DNA of 64,000 nucleotides, taken from assembly GCA_032718475.1 (NCBI GenBank), contig JAUCBJ010004969.1, positions 1 to 64,000 of the forward strand. The letters run 5' to 3'. The position numbers and the translations under genes are program-made. This DNA is from Nemertoderma westbladi (taxonomy: Eukaryota; Animalia; Xenacoelomorpha). Shown here piece by piece: positions 11,438 through 22,580 of this stretch (positions are counted from its first letter, which is position 1; each line of letters begins with the position of its first letter). The notes under the pieces are model-generated. The model was given only the letters and a program-made list of their open reading frames with translations, was not told the origin of the DNA and ran no database searches.

Positions 11438-14400
11438 CACCTTGGAATACCGGAATGTCCTGTTAATTATCGCTCAATCGCGATGTTGATTGGGACAGAC
11501 CAGTTTAACTTACATCAGGTATGGGAGACACGCCCATCTGTTATTACAGCAGGCAACCCCTACGCATGTAGAACTCCCATAGGTTGGTATACTAGAGCTC
11601 CAATACATTCACTAGAGGTAAGTGACCAGGAGGACGACGTTTTGAGTACGTGTAGTTTATTGACTAACACGATAGATAATTCTCCTTCACACTCCTGTGG
11701 TCTTATTGTACAGACGGCAATATGACAGACTTGCGTCACTAACGCAGACGCCATCGATACTGACGTAACTGATCTGGACACGACCACACGGACCTCTGAC
11801 CTACAACTACTTGCAGCAAACCAGGTTGTATTGACTACTGGAGACCAAAGGGTTGTTGCCGTGGATGACTCGATGAACGAGGATTTTGGAAGGCTTGCGA
11901 GCCTACCAAAAATTACTAAGGTCATTGACCCCACCCACCAGGCTTTGACACTGGTCGTTGATCTTGGAAGGCTTGCGAGCCTACCGACAGATCAAGAGGT
12001 TGTCAAACCGCCACAAAACGATTCGACGCCGACTAGTGACACCGGAAGGCTTGCGAGCCTACCAGACACATTGACACTAGCCACCGCAGCGGACGAAGAC
12101 GTGGACGAGGACCATGGCGCAGTGCAAGCAGCGCTTGACCGACTGCTGACTGAACGGACCATTCAATGGTTGGAACAGGACTCAGCAGAACCCGGTAGTT
12201 ACGAGACCGCTATGTCAGAACAGGAAAAACGGTCATTAAATATTATGAGAGATACCATTCGCCAGACCGCAAATGGCCACTACGAGGTTGGTATGTTGTG
12301 GCGCAATGGACAACCTAAGCTCGTTAACAATTACCCACTTGCTTTGAGGCGACTCAAATCAATAAGGCAGCGATTGTATCGAGACGAGACGGCCCATATG
12401 CAATACAATGCACAACTTCAGACGTATCTCCAAAAGGGATACGCCATTAGGATGTTAAATCCCGAGGTGACCACAGATCAGACATATTACCTGCCACATC
12501 ATTTTGTTCGACACCCGGACAAACCTGGCAAGGTGCGTGTAGTCAACGACTGCGCCGCACTTTACCAAGGGATGTCTATGAACAGCGAACTGATGGACGG
12601 GCCAAATATGAATAATTACCTCATGGGAGTCCTAATGCGTTTTAGACAACGCAAAGTGGCTTTCACCTGTGACGTAGATGCCATGTTTCACCAGGTTAAG
12701 GCTTTGGAGCGGGACAGGGACAGCTTGAGGTTTCTTTGGTATCCGGACGGAAATTTAGAACTTCCGCCAGAAACTTACCAAATGCAGGTAAGAGTTTTCG
12801 GAGCCAGGGACAGCCCCAACTGCACCATGTACGCCTTAAAGCAGACAGCATTGGACAGACGAGACCAGTTTGACCCAGAAGTAGTTCGGACCGTGGAACG
12901 AGATTTCTACGTGGATGACAGCCTCAAGAGTTGTGACACCTTGGAGCGTGCTACAACCGTAGCACACCAACTCCAGGATTGTCTCGCTGAGGGCGGATTT
13001 CACCTGACGAAATTCGCTTCCAACGAACCTGAACTGGTGAACTCATTTGACCCGACAGATCGTAGTGGAGGGGACTTGGACTTAGACCTAGAACGTCTAC
13101 CGACGACCAAAGTATTAGGACTTAGTTGGGACCCTAACACCGACAATTTTAGGGTACGTGTAAGGTCCAACGACCCGACTAGACCTCTCACTAAGAGGAC
13201 TTGCTTATCGACCATGAGTCGATTGTATGACCCATTGTGTTTCATTAGTCCAGTGATCCTACATGCTAGGATCATACTCCGCAGCATTTGGCAAGCCGGA
13301 TTGGAATGGGACGACCCCATCCCAGAAAAGTTAGCTGAGCAATGGAGGGACTGGGAAGCCCAACTGACTTTCCTACAAGACTATACCATACCAAGGGTAT
13401 ACTTTCCTTTGCAGACCACCTTTCCTGCCGATTTAGAGTTTCACAGCTTTAGTGACGCTAGCAAGGATGGATTGGGGGTTACATTATACCTTAGACGACA
13501 AGTGACATCGGACAGCTACGATGTGTCTCTCGTTACTTCTAGGGCTAGAACAATGCCATTGAAGTATATGACTGTACCTCGTGGAGAGCTACAAGCCGGG
13601 ACGATATCCACAGATATTGTCAGTCTAGTTCAACGCGAGCTGGAGGCTAACTTGAAGGTCACATATTGGACGGATGCGACATTGGTACTTTGGTACATAA
13701 ACAACAAAGCGTTTGAGTTCAAGACTTTCGTAGCCAACAGACGGGCTGAAATCTTAGACCGGTCGCTCACACAAGATTGGCGTCACTGTCCAGGGAAGCT
13801 GAACCCAGCTGACATCGCGTCACGGGGGATGCAACCACTTCACTTTTGTAAACCGTACAATAAATCCTTTTGGTTTAGAGGACCCGATTTCCTACAGCGA
13901 CCATCAGACGAATGGCCACCGTTATTCGACGCGACAACCAATACCGTACCAGAGGGTGCCGAGATAAAAATCGACAAGGTTGTCAAATCTAAAGCAAAAG
14001 CCAACGCCAAGGTCAAGGGGAAACAAGGACGGACGGGATCTGATGACCTGGACGCTAGACCTGACATTACGCCAGACGTCTCACCAGAATCTCGACCAGA
14101 CGCTTGTACGAATCTTTCACTGGATGTTCCGCGGGAGATTTCACCAGACGTTTCGCCAGATTGTTCAACAGATTACTCGCCAGATTATTCACCAGAAGCG
14201 ACACCAGATTGTTCTCCGGATTGTTCGCCAGATTGTTTTATGGAACTCTCGACAGATTGTCTACCGGACGTCTCACCAGACTTTCCACCAGACATCTCAA
14301 CAGACTGTCCACCAGACTTTAGACCAAACTTTCTGACAGAAGTTACGCTTGACACCTTTTGGGACCAACGACAGGACATTTCGCCGGATGTTCCGCGCTA

Positions 14401-16269
14401 TGTCTCACCAGACGTCTCACCAGACTGTTCATGGGACGCTTCACCAGACTGTCTATTAGACACTCCACTAGAAGACCCATTGGAGCGGACCATTAGAGAC
14501 TTACCGAATTTGACTTCTTTGGACGACAGAGGTGTGGCCACAGCGATCACACTCCGCTCAAAGAAAGTACTTGACTTACCACCTACAGGTAAAGGTGTGA
14601 CTAAGGTTAGGAAGCTTACAGGCTCACAGGAACACACTGGTACTGTAGAGTTGAAACCGTTACTGCCAGTCGACTCACTAGGAGCGGACGGTAAAGGTAA
14701 GACCGTGGAGATTGACATACTTGGGGACTCAGGCAAACCTACCGGAAGGCCCGTGGGCCTACCAAGTCCAGACAAGTATCCACACTACGACTATACCTTA
14801 CCTGATGACGTCACTAACACTTATGTTGACCGGATATTAAACCTAACTAGATCATGGACTGACGCATGGCTCAAACGTTTGAGACAATATGCCAGAGGCA
14901 AACGCGACTTTCCTAGAAGACTTACCTTAAAGGAAGTTGTTCATTGTGAAGTTGATATCATTCGCCATTATCAATTGCGATATTTCGCACGAGAATTCAC
15001 AGCGATCAACCAAGGTAAACAGATCAAGTCTTCACCGATTTTGAGTTGGAGTCCGATTATTTATCGGGGCTTACTTTGTCACAAGTCCAGACTCCAAAAC
15101 ATCGACTTTGCACTTGACTTTAGGTATCCTATCATCATACCGCAACACCATGAATTACAGCGCGCAATGATACTGGACGCACATGTACAACTCAAACACG
15201 TGGTTAGACACCACTGTCTATCACACTTACGATCAAGGTTTGTACTGATTAGGCCTAGCAAGGCATTGAGTTCCGTAACACGGAACTGTATGATTTGTAA
15301 GAAGGTGCACGCGAGGATAGGACACCAGGAAATGAGTGAACTACCACTAGCTAGATTACAGGCGTTTAGACCCCCTTTCACTGAGACGGGGATAGACTGT
15401 TTTGGACCCATAATCGCGAAACGCGGAAGGGTACAGGTAAAACGTTGGGGATTGATCTTCACTTGCATGGCCAGCAGAGCTGTCCATATTGAGCGTGTGA
15501 CAGATTTAACCACCAATGCCTTTATCCTAGCCTTACGGCGATTTATCGCTAGACGTGGATTGGTCAAATCCATTTACTGTGACCAAGGGACAAACTTTGT
15601 GGGCGCACGGAACGAAATAACCAGCGCTTTGAGGAAGTTGGACCAAAACCAGATTTCCGAGGAACTACGTCCTCACCGTATTGTTTGGAATTTTAATAAA
15701 CAATAAAAACAGCTATAGCTAAAGTAATACCGACGCAACACATCTTGACAGACGACCAACTGACGACGTTACTAATAGAAATCAAAGCGATTTTGAACAC
15801 TAGACCAATCGCTTTGATCCCAGACAATAACGACGTACAGTTTGCCTTGACACCAGCACACCTGCTTATGCAGGAGCCAACGACATTGTTGCCCATTTCG
15901 GTACCCGTTAATAGCGACGGATACGGCAACAAGGTTTGGAAAATCACTCAACTGCTTGCTAATAAATTCTGGGAAATATGGCAGAAATATTATTTGCCCT
16001 CTATTTCGACCAGAACCTCTTGGTATCTAAATACACGATGTTTGAGACGTGGTGACCACGTTTTATTGGCTGAAGCCAATCTGAAAAGACGGTTTTGGCT
16101 GACTGGAGTCATTTTGACCACACACCCTACATCTGGTGTAGTAAGGACCGTTACTGTAAGGACTATCGACGGGCATACCGTAGATAGGCCTGTACAACGT
16201 CTCGTACTCCTAGAGGAGACTAGAAACGAGACAGGAGACTACAAATCTCCACCCAATATTAGTAAATAG
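11438..16269 (+). CDS. pol: BEL/Pao Pol (protease end, RT, RNase H, integrase), disrupted by TGA at 11723-11725 and a frameshifting deletion at ~15700
   Basis: YYLPHH, DVDAMFHQV, FGARDSP, FYVDD (RT); FSDASKDG, WTDAT, NPADIASRG (RNase H); H-H-C-C zinc finger, GIDCFGP, YCDQGTNFVGA (integrase); DUF5641-like C-terminus. Confidence 0.95.
14057..14470 (+). repeat. In-frame 12-bp minisatellite encoding (x-S/P-P-D)n inside pol
   Basis: PDITPDVSPE...SPDVSPDCSTDYSPDYSPE...SPDCSPDC. A shorter version is present in the second copy at ~50230-50395. Confidence 0.85.
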
Positions 16270-16993
16270 ATGTGGGACCTTTGATGGCTGCCACATAGCT
16301 TTACCGTATTTTAGTAATTTAGTATTTTGTATTACTGTATGTGCATTTGTAATCCTCTTCACTGTAGATAGAGACAGCGGTGGAATTCCATTGTCTTTAT
16401 ATGTGAACATGGAGGGTAGTACCCTTATGTATCACATAGGAGCGGGATTGTGTGTACAGTAGGAATGGAATTCCACTTGGAACCCACAAGTGAGACAATT
16501 TTTCAAAAATTATTAAACAAATCCATTTAGTTGGATTTAAATTTAAGAAAAATTATTCTCCAGTGAATGCGAATTCTAGAATACAGCTAGATAAAAATTA
16601 AAAATTGGGGAGGACAAGAGTGGATGGAAGGCTTGCGAGCCTACCGATAAATTTTTTTTTGGAAAAAGAAAATTGGCCTTGTTCTACGTAGTCGTGTCTA
16701 CTATTATTTAGACCGAATTAATTCTCGACTGCACTATTTTCTTTTGGGAATGTAGCTTGGGAAATTAAAAGGTGAGTATTTTAGACTCACGGCTAGTTTA
16801 CCCGGAATTCGTTTTTTATCGGCACAATTTTGGATTAGGAGCCAGTGCGAAATCACGCAAACCCGAAGTCATTAGGCAAATGGGTTGGGGTTTAGAGCAA
16901 AGTTGAGCCAAAAGCCGACAAATCACATCTAACCTCTATTTTGTGCTTCATCTAGTAGAAACGTAACGATATGTAACCATATATTCGTACACG

Positions 16994-19900
16994 ATGGCAG
17001 AGAAGATGTACAAGGAGTTATGTCAAGGGTTTACGCAGGAACAAGAGCACCAGGCACCATTTAATCGTTATGGAGCTAAAAACTTTAACGTGTTTGGAGT
17101 GGAGAGTATGGCTAGGAGTACAGCCAAGTTCGCTAAATCCAAGGCGGACCCGAATGTTACGCGACAGCAGTTGGACGCATATAACAAAAGAGTGGAGGAA
17201 TTACTCGCGGAGTTCAATGCGTTATATCCTTACGATGCGTTATGTGACGCTAGCGACATTTGCGAGGATCCAGACACGGAGATACGCCGATTGTATCATA
17301 CGCTGCAATATTTGACGGCGAACGAACCCTTACCTGCAGCCAGAGACGATTTCGAAGGAATGCATCTTTATAGATGCGCTCGAGGAGCTGATCCAGAGAC
17401 AAAGGACACGTTCTCCATATACAAACTGTTTTATAAACATGTATGCATGAGCAAGACAACGCGATTCCTATGCAGTTGAACTCGGAGAACCCCGAGCCGA
17501 TATTAGCGCGATGCTCATACCACCAAAGTCTACGTTACCAAGAAGGTGGATACCCTTTGACGAATCCGTACCATTCGTTTAAAATGAGTGGACCAAACGC
17601 GGGTGAGATCATTATTTACAAACCCAAATTAGTCGAACCAGATGTCTACAGCATGGTAGTGGACGAGTCTAATAAGTCGACACAAGAGAAACGGGAAGCT
17701 TTGAGCCTCTTCAGGGCGTACAAGGCGTACGAGAAAGGCGAGATCGAGGAGTTCGGCGAAAGGCTCGCGAGCCTACCATTCTATTGGATATCCCACGATC
17801 AAACCGAACCCAAGGAGATGACACCCAAACTCTTCGATAGTATCACCTTTGCTCAGCATTTGTCGCAGAGACTACAGATACCTCATGTCGAGATGACGCG
17901 AGAACCTCAGCCCCATTCTGCTGGAGCGATAGTACCAGTTGCGAGACCAACTAGTTTTCCTATTAGTATACCGACCCGGAAGGAGACAACTTATGAGATT
18001 CCTATAGTTGAACACCCGGAGATCATTTCGAACCTGGATTTCCTCCCATCGGTTACCTTTGGCGATGTGTTGGAGTCAGCCGAGTTGCGTAAAATAATAG
18101 TTCAAAAAATCGTACGCAACGTGCCTCCACATATTACGGACTTTAAGGAAGTGGATCGCGCGGGGACGGATATCGCACCTTGTATCTTGCGAGGATATCT
18201 AACGAAAACGATTCGATTATGGATCGGAGTTGGAACGATTGAGACCGACACAGATATCGCGACCAATTGGACCGGTAAACCTATTAGTTTCGATGATGAA
18301 AAGTCGATTGGGAGAATTTGGAACCCTACCGACGATTTACTCGACGATTGGGACGTGACTAGCCGATCTCTAAAGGAGAATGGTTATATGTTTTACGATA
18401 ATGAAGGAGGAAGCCATCAGCAAAGCCTCACTTCGAAGACTATACAGATTAGAGCACCAGATGGCGTGTTACATGTCTTCAGCCGACAGAGGAGTGATAG
18501 AAAGATGCCTATGCCGGAAGGAACGACGCAAAGACACGCGATGATAAAACGGATAGTTAAATCCATGGACCTGGCTTGTAGCATAGAAGCTAGGATGTTG
18601 CCAAAGGCCGTGCGAGATATTGTGTTGGATAAGAGCATCGTCAAGATCGGATCCGGTGTACGGGATGACCTTATTAGCGATTTTGCGGGAATGCCCACGG
18701 AAGAGGATCGATTGCCTACGCCATATGTGGATACTAGACCATTGTTGCTCTGGGCTATTGAGCAAGGATATTTTAGGGAGTATAACACGCTAAAAACTGG
18801 GACGGGTTATATCTCATATCTAATGTTCAGTTGGGATTACAAGGAGAGTAAGAGAAGCAAATACATGGACGTATACGGAGAGGGAGATACCCCCGGCGTA
18901 AACGAGTTCGAGTCACAGTTGAAGTGGCAAGGTTGCGTGTATTGGGCGATTACTTCACCTCCGCGAATAATCTTGCAATACTATTTAGCGATAGAATCTT
19001 CGGTTAACATTTGTTTCATCGCGGATGTAGTATCCAGAACCCTAAAGCGACACCCGTTATGTCTCGGCGAAGGACATACCTTTTACGACGGAGGAAGGAT
19101 GCATACTGATGTATTCCGACGATTTCTCCAACCCTTTTATAACACCGATGCGCACTGCGAAGTTTTCACGCGAGCGGGACTTAGCGTTTTCAGGGACGTC
19201 TATCTCACTCACGCGGGAAGTCTAGTCAACAGACCGTCGATGTTAACGTTAGTACCCTGTGACGGGGAACGCCACGCGGAATTCAAAGACCCGGAAGGAT
19301 CCTGGAAGGCTCGCGAGCCTACCGCCTATCATGACGATGTGGACCCGACCGAGTTTGCGATGATAGACGAACCGTTGCGGCAACTCATAGAGATAGAGGA
19401 GAACCTTCCGAGGAAGACGCGAACTGAGATACGCGAGTTGGAGAAAAGCGATTCTATGGTTTGTGTACAACCTACGGAGACGAACATACCGACTGACCCG
19501 GATGATGAGAATTATCACGTGGATGGTAGCGCTCGCCCCATCGGAGATCTCATCTATGAGCGAGTTTGGTACCCTGCCAACACTATTTGTGGGAGATGCG
19601 GGGCAACTGTCCATCACGCAAAGAAATGCGGAGCAAAGCACATATCTCTCTACCGGACTTAGTATGCAACTGGTGCGGGGATCAACGTTCGCACACTTTC
19701 TACACTTGCTGGCGTTTCGTGGTGCAGTGCACGTATTGTAATATTAAGGGCCATAGGGCATCGGAATGTCAACTTAGAGACGTCCCCTATGAGCACATGT
19801 CAGTTAAAATCGTCCGACAGTTATTCGACCATTGGGAGGATCTAGCAGACGAGCATGTATCGACGCAGCGACGCCGTTTCCCTATGAGAGCACATTTGGG

Positions 19901-20132
19901 ATTTTGGGCTGCCGTAAACCCTCTCATAATGTCAAAGGAAGGATATGTATCGGCTATGCCTCAGTATGATGAATTGTTGGAGGTGCTGGATATATTGCCA
20001 TTGGACAGTGGATTCAAAGTTGTGCGGGACTATTTCTTACAGGTGCACCCCGACAACAAGAATACTTGGAACTTTCAAACTATGATGAACAAGATTACCG
20101 CCGGAGAATTCGATAAACTGCGAGTTGAATAG
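16994..20132 (+). CDS. BEL ORF3 (~1040 aa, two frameshifts): DEDDy 3'-5' exonuclease (WRN/EXD/Mut-7-like) plus three CCHC-like zinc knuckles
   Basis: Overlapping ORFs 16994-17479, 17443-19662 and 19566-20132. ExoI FYDNEG, TIQIR, LPKAVRDIVLDKSIVKIGSGVRDD (ExoII), YVDT, W...QYYLAIES (ExoIII-like). Knuckles CGRCGATVHHAKKC, CNWCGDQRSHTFYTC, CTYCNIKGHRASEC. Confidence 0.75.
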
Positions 20133-20175
20133 CGAAATCGAGGAGCCTGGCATTCGATAGGGTCACACCAAAGGG

Positions 20176-22092
20176 TTGCGGGAGTTTATCGGTATGGTAA
20201 CGTTTTACCACCGATTTATACCCGCAGCTGCTGCCGCACTGCAGCCACTTTACGCCGCCGTCGCCACCAAGGCTAGGGACATCGACTGGACTCACGAACT
20301 AGCCGCATCCTTCGAGTCCTCCAAGCGGGCCCTCGCAAACGCCGCCATGCTCGTCCACCCTCGCCACGATGCGCCGACCTCCGTCACCACCGACGCATCA
20401 GACTCAGCTGTCGGCGCGGCACTAGAACAGTGGACCGATGGAAAGTGGCGACCGCTCGCGTTCTTCAGCCGACAACTTCGCCCTCCCGAACGGAAGTACA
20501 GCGCCTACGACCGCGAACTCCTCGGCTTATACCTCGCGGTCCGCCACTTCCGTTATTTTCTCGAAGGCCGAACGTTTGTGGCCTACACGGACCATAAACC
20601 CCTAACTCAGGCCTTCTCAAAGGTCACTGACCCCTGGTCCCCCCGTCAACAGCGCCACCTGGCGTACATCTCGGAATTCACCACGAATGTACGCCACGTA
20701 GACGGAAAGGACAACCAGGTCGCGGACGCCCTCTCTCGCAGCTTCGTGGGCCACCTGTCGACCCAACTCGGGGTCGACTATAAGGCCATGTCGGCCGCCC
20801 AACGGGAGGATGACGAACTACAGGCCTTCCAGGCAAACCCTGGTAGCCTTGATCTACGTGACGTCACACTCGCGGACGATGACGTCACGCTCCTCTGTGA
20901 CGTCTCTACGGGCCGACCTCGGCCGATAGTCCCCAGCACGTGGCGCCGCCACATGTTCGATGTGGTCCATTCGCTGTCCCACCCATCAATCCGCTCCACT
21001 AGGAAACTCCTCTCCGAGCGTTTCGTCTGGCACGGCCTGTCCAAACAAGTGACGAGCTGGGCCAAGGCTTGCGTCGCCTGCCAGACCTCTAAGGTTCAAC
21101 GCCATATAAAGGCCCCCCTCGAGACATTCTCTGTTCCTCGACGCCGGTTCGACCATGTCAACGTCGACCTGGTAGGGCCCCTCCCTCCATCCAGAGGCTC
21201 CACCTACCTGTTTACGATCGTCGGCCGGACTACTCGTTGGCCCGAGGCCATCCCGCTCGCCGACTCCACAACCGAGAGCTGCGCCCGCGCTCTCGTCGCC
21301 CACTGGATCGCCCGGTTCGGCGTACCGGTCGAACTATCCTCCGACTGCGGCAGTCAGTTCACCTCGGAGTTGTGGGCCGACGTCAACAGACTCTTCGGCA
21401 CCAAACTCCACCGGACGACGGCCTACCATCCGCAGGCAAACGGCCTGGTGGAACGGTTCCACCGTTCCCTCAAGGCCTCCCTTAGAGCCCGACTAACTGG
21501 ACCAAACTGGGTCGACGAACTGCCATGGGCCCTTCTGGGCTATCGGACCGCCCCCAAAGAGGACCTCCACTGCTCGTCGGCCGAGCTGGTCTACGGCGAG
21601 CCACTGACGGTGCCTGGCGACTTCGTTGCCTCGCCAACCGACCCTCCGAACTCGACAGCTTTCCTCCCGGGCCTCCACTACCACGCACGGCAGTTCATGC
21701 CCACACCAACCTCCCGTCATGGCCAACCCAACTCGTCAGTGCCGTCACAACTAACAACCAGTGACGATGTCTTTTTACGCACTGATGCTCACCGCGCTCC
21801 CTTACAGCGGCCCTACACCGGGCCGTACAAGGTCGTACAGCGCGGCTCAAAGACGTTCGTCATCGAGGTGGGCGGGCGTCAGGAGACCGTCTCCATCGAC
21901 AGACTCAAACCGGCCCACCTCGCTATCGATGAACCCGTCATTGTGGCCATCCCACTGCGCCGTGGTCGACCACCTACAGTGACACCCCCGGACCTCCCTC
22001 CCCCCAGTCCCTGCAATTCACCCGAACCACCGCAAACTACCATAGCAACTCGAAGTGGGCGGGCCATCCGGCAGCCGGACTATTTTTATTAA
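20176..22092 (+). CDS. pol: Gypsy Pol fragment (RT thumb, RNase H, integrase)
   Basis: TTDASDSAVGAALEQ, YSAYDRELL, YTDHKPL, NQVADALSR, HHCC finger, VNVDLVGPLP, AYHPQANGLVERFHR, GPY motif. Confidence 0.95.
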   Translation: MREFIGMVTFYHRFIPAAAAALQPLYAAVATKARDIDWTHELAASFESSKRALANAAMLVHPRHDAPTSVTTDASDSAVGAALEQWTDGKWRPLAFFSRQLRPPERKYSAYDRELLGLYLAVRHFRYFLEGRTFVAYTDHKPLTQAFSKVTDPWSPRQQRHLAYISEFTTNVRHVDGKDNQVADALSRSFVGHLSTQLGVDYKAMSAAQREDDELQAFQANPGSLDLRDVTLADDDVTLLCDVSTGRPRPIVPSTWRRHMFDVVHSLSHPSIRSTRKLLSERFVWHGLSKQVTSWAKACVACQTSKVQRHIKAPLETFSVPRRRFDHVNVDLVGPLPPSRGSTYLFTIVGRTTRWPEAIPLADSTTESCARALVAHWIARFGVPVELSSDCGSQFTSELWADVNRLFGTKLHRTTAYHPQANGLVERFHRSLKASLRARLTGPNWVDELPWALLGYRTAPKEDLHCSSAELVYGEPLTVPGDFVASPTDPPNSTAFLPGLHYHARQFMPTPTSRHGQPNSSVPSQLTTSDDVFLRTDAHRAPLQRPYTGPYKVVQRGSKTFVIEVGGRQETVSIDRLKPAHLAIDEPVIVAIPLRRGRPPTVTPPDLPPPSPCNSPEPPQTTIATRSGRAIRQPDYFY

Positions 22093-22113
22093 TTCAGGTT
22101 CTGGGGGGAGCCA

Positions 22114-22343
22114 TGTAGTGGCCATATATATATATTAGGGGTCATCGAACCTGAATTGAACTAATACTGTTGTACCTTACTGCAGTATGCACCCATCACT
22201 GCACTGTATCAACTTTCGGTTTCATGGAAACTATTGTTACAGTCAGACAGTGGCTGTACCCGTAGTCATTACTAATACTGGTTTTACTTACTGCTGTACT
22301 GACTCATGTAAATATTAAACGTTGAGAGACTACGCTCTCTACA
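22114..22343 (+). repeat. Gypsy 3' LTR (230 bp)
   Basis: Starts TGTAG right after the PPT, ends CTACA, contains ATTAAA poly(A)-like signal. Confidence 0.85.
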
Positions 22344-22580
22344 CAATATAATATTGTCAAATGCGACTGTCAAGATGTGATGCTATAATTAACGATTAAC
22401 GATACGAATTAATTAATGATTATTTTAAAATTAAAACATATTATAAAACACATTTCTTACTATACTGTAAGTACACGTTCGTGGGGACTTCGCGCAGCAC
22501 GAGGCCTAGTTATTATATACAAATTAAAATGCAGCGACTGTATCACAAAATCAGGTTTTGAGAAATTTACCCACACCACC

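Larger units (their letters stand above)
4245..20160 (+). mobile_element. BEL/Pao LTR retrotransposon with long leader, gag-pol and an extra exonuclease ORF3; 3' LTR lost
   Basis: BEL-type gag, protease, RT, RNase H and integrase in canonical order. Putative 5' LTR upstream. A shared palindromic motif runs from 8215 to 19323. Truncated at ~20160 by a Gypsy fragment. Confidence 0.85.
20165..22343 (+). mobile_element. 5'-truncated Ty3/Gypsy LTR retrotransposon with intact 3' LTR
   Basis: Pol fragment followed by polypurine tract GGGGGGAG (22103-22110) and an LTR with TGTAG...CTACA termini. Confidence 0.9.

Noticed and set aside
11888-12063. Three 20-bp palindromes at exact 78-bp spacing as a mini-CRISPR
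   Set aside because: They lie in frame within pol, the spacers are partly similar to each other, and the motif is dispersed elsewhere in the element.
7531-15947. Numerous antisense and alternate-frame ORFs over gag-pol
   Set aside because: Shadow ORFs of the retrotransposon coding sequence with no independent motifs.
16994-20132. ORF3 as an env glycoprotein
   Set aside because: No evident signal peptide or transmembrane helix; it has exonuclease and knuckle motifs instead.
22478-22510. Possible Helitron 3' end (GC-rich segment then CTAG|T)
   Set aside because: The hairpin is weak and no matching 5' end or second copy was found.
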